A DNA stretch of 64,000 bases from Callorhinchus milii (lineage: Eukaryota), in the NCBI RefSeq assembly GCF_018977255.1, contig NW_024704743.1, positions 98,024,001 through 98,088,000 of the forward strand, read 5' to 3'. The stretch's first letter is position 1. Each line of letters begins with the position of its first letter. Below, one piece after another: positions 54,601-64,000 of this stretch. Position numbers and translations under genes: made by a program. The notes under the pieces were generated by a model that saw only the letters and a list, made by a program, of their open reading frames with translations, searched no databases and had not been told where the DNA came from.

Positions 54601-54889
54601 AATGGATCAGCCCTGGACACCTCTATGAGAACATACAACAATAAATGGAGCACACACACAGGGTGGGGGGGTAAACTTTTTGTAGATTGTCCAAGTGATC
54701 TTTTGAACTGCCACTGAAGTTCATATTTAAGCATTAAAGATGTAAAAGGCATGCATATTTTATCAAGTGCTGATCTATATCCAAAGTTTTCATGGTAACT
54801 AGAATACACGAGGACAGAACATCTGATACCCAACGAATATAATTTATGACCCATCTGCTGCAATCCTTCCTTGTCTTTATTAAGGGAAT

Positions 54890-55640
54890 AGTTTGGCTCA
54901 GTTAATAGCACTTGTCTGTGGGTTGTGGGATGAAGCCTTGGGTCCTTGGCTCAGTCTAGACTGACATTCTAAGGCTCTATTGGAGTGAGCGTTACATTAT
55001 TGATGGAATGTTAAACTAAAGCCCCGTTTACCTGCTCCTCGTGTCGACTTTAAAAATCTCACAACACTTTAATCATTCTTACATTTGATAGTGTCTTAAT
55101 ACATCATCGGAACATCTCAAAGGGCATCACAGGATTTTACTGTGAAGTGTAACGACTGTGTATTTCTAGGTGAATGTGGCAGCCAATTTGCGCACAGCAA
55201 TGTCCTATAAACAACTGAACCGAGTGACCAATTTTTATTTGGAGAGATTGTTGGCCAGGATACAGTGAGAAACTTTGTTCTCTTTCAAAGTTGCCATGAG
55301 ATCTCTAATATCCACCTGAACAGGCAGACAGGACCCAGTTTAATATCTCCTCCGAAAGATAGCACCTCTAACAATGCAGCACATCCTCAGCACTATATTA
55401 TAGTGTCAGCCTAAACTGTGATTTCAAAGTCTTAACAAGGGGCTTGAACCCACAACCTTCTGACTCAGACTAGAGAACCATCAACTGAGCCAAGCTGACA
55501 CTTTTTCAAAAAGAGAAGTGTTTGCCAACAAATGTCCACCTCATGTTCTTTTGTGGAATTTGCTGTAGGCAAAATGGACACCTACTAAAAAGTTACGACA
55601 CTATGAGATGTTTATGGGCGATAAAAATCCAAGTTCCTTC
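54890..55640. mobile_element. Older plus-strand Deu-SINE containing a minus-strand Deu-SINE (55071-55502)
   Basis: The outer copy breaks at ...CTCACAACACTTT and resumes at TTCAAAAAGAGAAG; the inner copy is near complete. Confidence 0.7.
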
Positions 55641-55898
55641 TTTAGTAAAATTATAGAGTGAGGTCACTCATTTTGAGGGTCGACTTCATCACAGTTTTGA
55701 TAATTATTCCAAAAGTCAATGACCTTCTACAAGATGTGGCTTAATTTTACTTATCACTGTTTATTATTGTTTAATCCCAACAGTAGAATTGTGCGACTCA
55801 GCAGCTGAGCACCAATCGGGGAGAGAGAAGTGGCAATGAAACAACATGACTTTGGGAAAACATTTCAGAAGTCGTTTTTGCCTCGCCATTTATTTTAC

Positions 55899-55948
55899 CT
55901 TTTGAACTCCAGTTTTGAAAGCTCTCTGCATCACATCCGAAAAGTCAT
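55899..55948 (-). CDS. TATDN1: TATDN1 exon 3
   Basis: (D)DFSDVMQRAFKTGVQK; 50 nt; CAG/GTAAAA. Confidence 0.9.
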
Positions 55949-56407
55949 CTGTAAAAGCACACACATAGAGCGACTGAATTTCTGAACCTCTACAATCTAG
56001 GCAAGCAGGTGGGCACTTTGCCATTCACAGCTCTTCGTGATTAAATAATACATTCAATACAGGAGGCAATGTAGTTATTTCAAGTAACTCAAGCAAAGAC
56101 TTCAAAGATTCCTCGACTTTTTGGAGGCCCCATTTGCAGGGCCCTTGACAAGCAGGAAGAATTGAGATTTTGGCTTTGTTTTTTTATAGGGGGAAGGGAA
56201 TCATATCTCTAAACCAGCTTGTTTAAGCAACTCTTTACATTCCTGTCAACCATCATCTGCCTTTATTCCTTTGCACCTTCAAATGAAAATGTTTCCAGAA
56301 GTTGCTTCTCTTTCTCCCCCTCCCTCAATATTTCTTTTTTTACTTTCTTTTCCTTACTTTTTTGTTGGTAGCGAGAAGGCAGCCAGGAATAACACAGTAA
56401 TTCAAGT

Positions 56408-56775
56408 AGTTCAAGATCCTGGTCCTCACCTACAAAGCACTCCATGGCCTCGCTCCACCCTATCTCTGCGACATCCCCTACCAACCCGCCCGCTCCCTCT
56501 GCTCAGCGAGCTCCGCCTGCTCCACGTCCTCCGACCCACCCACCCCCAACCTCTGGAATTCCATCCCCCAATTACTCCTCCTCGCCCCCTCCTCAGCCTC
56601 CTTCAAGTCCCGTCTCAAAACTCTCCTCTTCGACCATGCCATCGGTCACCCCCCTTCCCCTCCCCTCCTTTCTCCCCCCCCGACCCCAGCTCGGGTTTGA
56701 AATGCTGTACTCTGTCCAACGCCTTGGGACGTCCTCCCGACGTGAAAGGTGCTATACAAATGTAATCTTGTTGTT
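56408..56775 (+). mobile_element. L2 LINE 3' end, same subfamily as the 26550-27619 copy
   Basis: FKILVLTYKALHGLAP; terminus CCCGACGTGAAAGGTGCTATACAAATGTAATC(TTG)n. Confidence 0.88.
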
Positions 56776-56814
56776 ATAATACCAAGAAATCTTACAGACC
56801 ATTAGTGAGATAAG

Positions 56815-56985
56815 AGTTTGCCCCAGTGGGAGATAAAGTGGGAGATTGAAACAAAAAGGAATACAGCAAAACAAAAAACATTGGAAAAAGCAATTGACAG
56901 AAGAGGGAACAAAAATAAAAATTCTAGGTTGGGACCAACTGGAAGCATTGCAAGACAACAAAAATACAAAGGAAACAGCACAAGA
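56815..56985 (+). mobile_element. Possible degraded RTE-type LINE ORF C-terminus
   Basis: IKWEIETKRN...W...EE..KILGWDQLEALQD resembles the RTE W.P.GKR.RGRP...W...AQDR pattern; weak. Confidence 0.3.
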
Positions 56986-58200
56986 GTTTTGTTGCAGACT
57001 AAAAAGAATAGCAGAAACGTGTGATTGTAGACTTGACATCTTAACACCTGGAAAAGCTTGTGCATATAATCCAATTGATATGGTACAGCATCCCATTAAA
57101 AACACTTTAAAAGGCTTGTTTTTATCCAATCATTAACTTCAATTTTGTCAGAGTTTCTCCTCCATCTCCACCCACCAACACATTCAATTCTAAAGACGGA
57201 ATATTTAAATAAGGTCATTGCCTCTGAAACTAACCAACCATAGGTAGCGATTGCTATTCATGTTATTATTTTTTAATTGAGGGCAAGCTACAAATGAACT
57301 TAAAATTCTCTGTATGTCTGTATTGCTTGCTAAAGGTAACTTCAGACAAGGAGGCAGGTTACTACCACCAGAGGTCTCTGTAAATACACCAGTTACAGCA
57401 CAAAGCTAAAAGCCTAAATTGAATTCTGCTTAAACAGCTAAAAATTCTCATCCTTGTTGATAACAACTTATCTTTTTCCTCGCTCAATATCCAGCCCAAT
57501 AAATGTGAATCACTTGCGAGATGATATCCTATGTGAAAGGTGCTATATAAATGAACATTGTTGTTGACAAGAGCAGTACTTCTGGGGGATACAGCAAAGT
57601 AAATCATTTTATCATAACCTGCTTTAATCCTTTTGACAAAACAATCAACCAGTTTTAGCATCCTAGTCAGCACTTTAAAAGCCTCATTAGAACATAACTC
57701 TGTTTATAATACGAGTCTCCTCCAACCCGCAGTTACCAGAAGTATGGTACACTTCTTAATGCACATTCCATTCCAGACACTGGAACATTTCCATGTGTAG
57801 GTGGCAGTCTGGTGTGATTTTCTTAAACATAGTACTGAATTTATGAATGTGTCAAGACACCTTAGTCAATGATAACCGTTAGAATGCGGTGTCTAATTTT
57901 ATGCACCCAAAATAAAAAAAATTAGCCTTGAACATGCCAATATTAGTAATTATCTAACCTCACTCTAAATGCTTATCTGATCTCTGAAAGATTAGTTTAC
58001 CATTTCAAAAAGTACAACAAATGTCAGGGTTCAATAGAATCTGACCAACATATTTCTAACATATCTGGATTTTATGTAACCACATTCTCCATTCATGAGT
58101 ATAGGTAAATATAAACAGCAGCACCTCATAGTCGATAAAAATGCCTGGTTATCTTAATGCAAAGGATAAATTATCTGATTAATTACAAATCACAATTTAC

Positions 58201-58266
58201 CTTGATGTTTTTGAGAACCACGGTAAATGCCACGAAACATGGGATCTGTTAGATTTATACCGATAT
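58201..58266 (-). CDS. TATDN1: TATDN1 exon 2
   Basis: (D)IGINLTDPMFRGIYRGSQKHQ(D); 66 nt; CAG/GTAAAT. Confidence 0.96.
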
Positions 58267-59194
58267 CTGTTCAAATAAAAAGAAAGAAAAAGACATAAAG
58301 AATGTACTGAGGAACTAAAACTGAAAGAGGTCAATGAAAGAGGTCAAAGGGGGGAAAAGCTAAAAAAAATTTTAACTAAGCCATATAGAGCAAAAACACA
58401 GAATTAATTCCCAGTCTACACATAGGGGGGAAGACAACCAGAGGTCCTGCTCATAATTACTACCAGGTGACCCCAGTATTAATGGATTTATAAACATTCT
58501 GGATAAAACTGCTCCAACGTAAATGAAATAATGCAAAATACATAGAATCGTATTCACTCATGCATGCTAATTCAGAAAGAAAGAAGAGGTATAGGGCAGA
58601 GAACACAAAGAAGGGCTGTAATTTATAATGATGTATTATGTCAGTATTATGTGTACTTGAATATCATTAAATACTCAGAAAATAGAAGGATATCAAAAGC
58701 TGCAGCATCAGGATCCCCTGCCCACCCAAGTATGATGGAGAATAGCCAATAGTGAGTTGCTGGGAGTGACATTTCTGATCAGGAAGAGTGACACAGATTG
58801 CCACTTAACACAGATTACCACTTAACACTTGCCATTTAACACTTGAAACACTTCATTTCAATACTGGCACGTGTCAAGACATCTTTACACCACTGCAAGT
58901 TGCAGTCACACTGTTTCTTTCACAAACATCTCAAAACGCTTTAGAGATGGGGACGATGAGAGAGAGGAGACTGAAGCCCAAAAAACAAACCAAGAGACAA
59001 GCCTCCCAAATAAGCAACATTTGGCAGATATTTCTGAGGATATTGGTGCCGGGCTGCCCAATTCCAGTTGTTTCGTGCCAGGGATGTATATATGTATGTT
59101 CTAAGTGGCCTGGATGCTGCCCAGGGCGCTGTATAAATGTGAGTTGTTGTTGTTGTATTGTGTGTGGGGGAGGTTGGGGGGACAGAGGTCCTGA

Positions 59195-60478
59195 TGTGTG
59201 TGTGTGTGGGTGTGGACCGGATGGCTTCTGTGCATGTATGTGTCTGTGATTGTATGTGTCTGTGATTGTATGTGTATGTGCCTCTCTGTGTGTATGTGTC
59301 TGTGATTGTATATGTCTCTGTGTGTGTGTGCCTGTATTTATGTGCGTGTATGTATGTGTATGCATGTGTATGTATGCATGTATGTGTGTATGTATGCATG
59401 TGTGTATGTGTAATTATGTGCGTGTGTGTGTGCATGTGTGTATGTGGGTGTGTGTGTATATGTGTGTGGGTGTATGGCTGTGTATGTGGGTGTATGTGGG
59501 TGTGTGGGTGTATGTGGGTGTGTGTGTATGTGGGTGTGTATGTGTATATACATATGTGCGTGTGTTTATGTGGGGATGTGGGTGTGTGTATATATGTGTG
59601 TGTGTGTGTATATGGGTGTGTGTGTATGTGCGTGTGTATATGTATATGTGTGTGTATGTGGGTGTGTCTGTGTATATACGTATGTGCATGTGTGTATATA
59701 TGTATGTGTGTGTGTATGTGGGTATGTGTGTATGTGTGTGTATATATGTGTGTGTGTGTGTATATGTGTGTGCATGTATATGTGTGTGCATGTATATGTG
59801 TATGTGTGTGTGTACACGTGTGGTGTGTATGTAGGAGTGTGTGTGTATGTGGGTGTGTGTGTGTATGTGTGTGGGTGTATGTATGTGTGTGTGTATGTGG
59901 GTGTGTGTATGTATATACGTATGTGCGTGGGTGTATGTGGGTGTGTATATGTGTGTGTGTGTGTATGTGGGTGTGTATATGTGTGTGTGTTTGTATGTGT
60001 GTGTATATATGGGTGTATTTGTGTGTACATATGTGTGTGTGTATGTGTATGTGGGTGTGCATATGTGTGTGTTTGTATGTGTGTGTATATATGGGTGCGT
60101 TTGTGTGTATATATGTGTGTGTATGTGGGTGTGTCTATATGTGGGTGTATATGTGTATATACGTATGTGTGTGTGTGTATATACGTATGTGCGTGTGTGT
60201 ATGTGGGTGTGTATATGTGTGTGTGTTTGTATGTGTGTGTATATATGGGTGTATTTGTGTGTACATATGTGTGTGTATGTGGGTGTGTGTGTATGTGTGT
60301 ATATATGGGTGCGTTTGTGTGTATATATGTGTGTGTATGTGTATGTGAGTGTGTGTGTATGTGGGTGTATATATGTGTATATATGTATGTGTGTGTGGGT
60401 ATATATGGGTGTGTGTGTGTGTATGTGGGTATATGTGGGTGTGTGTATATCTATGTGTGTGTGTGTGTTGTGTGTATG
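59195..60478. repeat. Complex (TG/TA)n microsatellite array, ~1.3 kb, in TATDN1 intron 1
   Basis: Nearly continuous alternating purine-pyrimidine sequence with recurring TATGTGGGTGTG units. Confidence 0.97.
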
Positions 60479-60548
60479 AGGGGTACAGGTCTCGGGGACC
60501 CCTCTCTCTCTCTCTCGAGCCGTGGCTCCGGCTCTCACTCTCACTCAC

Positions 60549-60570
60549 CGATAAAGGTGAAGACTCCCAT
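60549..60570 (-). CDS. TATDN1: TATDN1 coding exon 1 (an in-frame upstream ATG at 60600 is possible)
   Basis: MGVFTFI(D) then GTGAGT; the 12 exons sum to 894 nt (297 aa plus stop) with all phases consistent. Confidence 0.88.
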
Positions 60571-60579
60571 CCTCCGCAC

Positions 60580-60704
60580 CGGGGCCAGAGCCGCCGCCAT
60601 CCGCACTGACCCGGAAGCGGAGCCGCGGCCTGAGGTGACCCCGGGCGGCGGCGGCGCCAAGTTTTAATGTGGAGAGAACGGCGCCCAATCCATCCCCAGG
60701 CAGC
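60580..60704 (-). promoter_or_regulatory. TATDN1 CpG-rich promoter core
   Basis: CCGGAAG ETS-type site at 60611-60617, YY1-like GCCGCCAT at 60593-60600, high CpG density. Confidence 0.65.
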
Positions 60705-61426
60705 AGCCAGGCCCCGCCCCCAGCCAGGCCCCGCCCCCAGCCAGGCCCCGCCCCAGCCAGGCCGCCCAGCCAGGCCCGCCCCCCAGCCAGGCGCCCGCCC
60801 CAGCCAGCCCCGCCCCCAGCCAGCCCCCCCCCCACCACCCCGCCCCCAGCCAGGCCCCGGCCAGGCCCCGCCCCAGCCAGGCCCCGCCCCCAGCCAGACC
60901 CACCCAGCCAGCCCCCCAGCCAGCCCCGCCCCCAGCCAGGCCCCGCCCCCAGCTCCGTCCCCAGCCCCGCCTTCCCCAGCCCCGCCCCCAGCCCGCCCCC
61001 CAGCCCCGACTTCCCCAGCCCCCCAGCCAGCCCGCGCCCCCCAGCCCCGCCCCCAGCCCAGCCGCCCCCCCACCACCCCCGCACAGCCGCCCCCCACCCC
61101 ACCCCGCAGAGCCGCGCCCCCACCCCCCCCGCACAGCCACCCCCCACCACCCCCCGCACAGCCGCTCCCCCACCCCCCCCCGCACAGCCGCCCCCACCCC
61201 CCCCGCACAGCCGCCCCCCACCCCCCCCGCACAGCCGCCCCCCCGCACAGCCGCCCCCCCACCCCCCCCGCACAGCCGCCCCCCACCACCCCCGCACAGC
61301 CGCCCCCCCACCCCCCCGCACAGCCGCCCCCCCACCACCCCCGCACAGCCGCCCCCCCACCCCCCCGCACAGCCGCCCCCCACCCCCCCCGCACAGCCGC
61401 CCCCCCCCACCCCCCCTGCACAGCCG
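60705..61426. repeat. Bipartite C-rich minisatellite upstream of TATDN1
   Basis: ~17-nt CCAGCCAGGCCCCGCCC units (60705-~61065), then ~22-nt CCCCGCACAGCCGCCCCCCACC units. Confidence 0.95.
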
Positions 61427-61609
61427 TGATAATACCACCAGTGATAATAGAGCCTACAACACGCCTGAGTCATTTCAAAGCGCTTCACAGGCTTTTACTG
61501 TGCATTTGTGGGCAAACGCGGTGGAGGGTTTCCGCACAGTAATGTCCTACAACCAGCCATGAAGTGAAACCAATTTTATCTGATATATTGTGAGAAACTA
61601 TAAATTTCA

Positions 61610-61820
61610 TAAAAACGTAGGAACAGGAGTAGAGCCTTCAACCCTTGAGCCTGTTCTGCCATTCTATACTGCGCCATGACTGATCTGTACCTCAAGTCCA
61701 ATTACCCGTCCTGCCCCATATCCTTTAATATCCTGACCTAACAAATCGCTATCCACCTCAGCCTTGAAGATGTGAATGGATCCAGCATCCACAGCCTTTT
61801 GGGGGAGAGAGTTCCAGAGT
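61610..61820 (-). mobile_element. CR1 LINE 3' end
   Basis: TAGGAACAGGAGTAG...CCCTTGAGCCTGTTCTGCCATTC...GGGGAGAGAGTTCCAGA. Confidence 0.75.
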
Positions 61821-62129
61821 TCACCTTTGGAACATTTCCCCAACGTATGGGCAGATCTGTGCAGGAATTATGAATATTTGCTACTCCACAGGATTCAGAA
61901 ATTTTCAAAGGCAACATTTAAGAAGTTCAATGTAATCCTCAGTAAATGTGTATTTCAAGTAAGACTCTTAGTGCAAAGTGCAAGTAACTGCTACTCAGTA
62001 ATGAAAGCCACGATAAAATATATATAAGAAGAAAAACGCAATTTGCGTAATATGCTTGAATTTTGGAGTGAATAAAAGAACTTTAAAAGCACATTGCATG
62101 CAAAATTATAACATGTGAATACTCTAACT

Positions 62130-63310
62130 GTAAATAGAGTATTGTATTCAACTTTGATCACCCCACTTTAGGTAGATTGTCAGGTAATAGAAAGGTTGCA
62201 GATTTGCTTGGATGATACCAGGGACAAGACTATGAGAGGACACTGGAGAAACTGTGCCTATTTTCAATAGAACACAAAAAGGGGATTCCGGTTAAAAAGG
62301 TCTTTACAATTATGCGTTTTGATAGAGAATTATTGACTAGAGGACATCAATTTAAGATAATTGGCAAAGCAAGAGATCAGGAGGAATCCTAAGAGAAGTA
62401 GAGATGCAGCGATCTGGGGATTCAGATCCACAAATCTCTTAGTAACTTCACCGATAGATAAGGCTATAAAAAGGGACAATGGAGTCTTGGGCTTTATATG
62501 CAGAGAGATAGAGTATAAAAATTAGACGGTGATGTTGAATTTGTCCAAAACCTTGGTTAGAAAAAACATTTGGAGTACTGTGTCCAATTCTGATTTCCAC
62601 ACTATAAAGAGAATATAGCAGTGATGGAAAGAGTACAATTTTGGATTATTAAGATGAAAACAGGGCTATCAGGTTACTGCTGTCAGGAGAGACTGGTAGG
62701 TAAGGCCTTTTTTCACTAGAAAAGAGACATTTAACAGGGTCCAAATAGATGTATTTAAAATTATAAAAGGGTTTAATAAGGTTAACATAAATAGGCTGAT
62801 TCCACTGGGTAGGGAGTCCATATCAGAGACACAGGTACTAGGGGATCTAAAAGAGAATTCATGAGGAACTGCTTCATACGGAGAGCAGTGAGAATCTCAG
62901 ACTTGCTGCTTGAAGTGGTGATTGAATCAAATAGTATAGACGCATTCAAGCGGAAGCTTGTCCTTCAAATGAGGGAGAGGGGAATAGAAAAGTAAGGAAA
63001 GGATGGAGATTTATGTGGAGTATAAACACCAGCATGGACTAATTGGACCGGGTGGCCTGTTTCGATGCGGTACATTTTTGTACATCTTTGAATATTTTTT
63101 CAAAGAGTTGTTAATATGTAGAATGCCCTGCATGGTTGGTAGTCAAGGCAAAATCCAAAATTAGCTTTCAAGAGGGAAGCAGATAGAGATGTAAAAAGGA
63201 ATAATTTGTAGGTTTGGGGAAATTAAACTGAAAGGATTGCTTTCAAAGAGCCAGCTCAGATACAATGCGCTGAATGGTTTTCTTCTGTGCTGTAAATTTC
63301 TATAGTTCTA
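62130..63310 (+). mobile_element. Cluster of degraded CR1 LINE 3' fragments
   Basis: TLVR..LEYCVQF, MERVQ, FSLEKR, VFKIIKGF motifs and termini such as GGACCGGGTGGCCTGTTTC and CTGAATGGTTTTCTTCTGTGCTGTA. Confidence 0.75.
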
Positions 63311-63384
63311 TTCAAATTATAGCATATCAACAGAACATAATTTTGAGAGCTAAAATGTGAATTGGGATGTTCCAATAAGAACTA

Positions 63385-63790
63385 GGTAATACTCCAGTGC
63401 AGCGATGGATAGTGCTGCTTTGTCAGAGGTGCCATCCTTTGAATGAAACATTGCCAAGTTTTTGGGACATCCTCCCAACGTGAAAGCCACTACGTAAGTG
63501 TAAATTGTATTGTATTGTAAATTGTATTGTAGACCAAGATTTTGTCTGCCAGTTCAGGTGGATTTCAAAGAACCCATGACAGTATTCAAAAGGAGAAGGG
63601 ATATTTTTTCTTGATGTCCTGCCAAAAATCCTCAAGTTAAATTGCTCATTCACCTCCTGGCTATTTGTGGGACATTGCTCTACACAAATTGCCTGCCACA
63701 TTTGCCTACAAATAAACTACAGAAAAATTCTGTAAATTGCTTTAAGATAGTTCAATGTAAGGTGTTATATCAAATACAAAGATTTTTATT
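63385..63790 (+). mobile_element. Deu-domain SINE, 5'-truncated, with a short L2-tail insertion (~63460-63532)
   Basis: GAGGTGCCATCCTTTGAATGAAACATT ... CTGCCAGTTCAGGTGGAT...CCCATGACAGTATTC; tail ATATCAAATACAAAG. Confidence 0.65.
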
Positions 63791-64000
63791 AAATAATTCA
63801 TGAAAATCAATAAGACTTTACTGGCTTCCAATTCAAACTGCAATGGAGGAGGAGAAAGATTATTCATTGTCAATGGATTGAGTTTTGGTCAGAATTGTAG
63901 GTTTTGATTGAATATTTCCCAGTTTGTATTATCCATGTTGAGGGGGGTGGCAATATTTTTAACAATTTAAAACAGTGTTACTTAACATTGGTGTTAATTC

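Noticed and set aside
58931..60667. Long His/Thr-rich and Cys/Val-rich ORFs (up to 413 aa)
   Set aside because: They are translations of the TG/CA microsatellite, which lacks stop codons in most frames.
60705..61426. CRISPR-like repeat array
   Set aside because: There are no unique spacers and no cas genes, and the context is eukaryotic; it is a simple tandem repeat.
60135..61562. Pro-rich and Gly-rich ORFs of 274-428 aa
   Set aside because: They arise from the C-rich minisatellite, are open on both strands, and show no domain structure.

Overview
This is vertebrate genomic DNA, not prokaryotic. The repeat content (tRNA-headed and Deu-domain SINEs with L2-like tails, L2 and CR1 LINE fragments) suggests a cartilaginous fish, possibly a holocephalan; this is an inference. 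Three spliced genes were reconstructed by hand from translation and GT-AG boundaries: the last five coding exons of ADCY8 (+, 1-5710), the complete two-exon RNF139/TRC8 (+, 20104-31513, 664 aa), and the complete 12-exon TATDN1 (-, 36466-60570, 297 aa), which the ORF track almost entirely misses. The rest is introns and intergenic DNA rich in degraded, often nested retroelements. The most interesting unexplained features are a heavily decayed, apparently intronless and possibly tandem protein-kinase-like relic (-, ~10.05-11.95 kb) split by a hAT MITE, a triplicated CRE-containing module in the RNF139 promoter, a perfect 38-bp hairpin with a degenerate hammerhead-like loop beside TATDN1 exon 7, and a TATDN1 first exon sandwiched between a 1.3-kb TG-rich array and a GC-box/G-quadruplex minisatellite. 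I found no convincing wholly new biological system.
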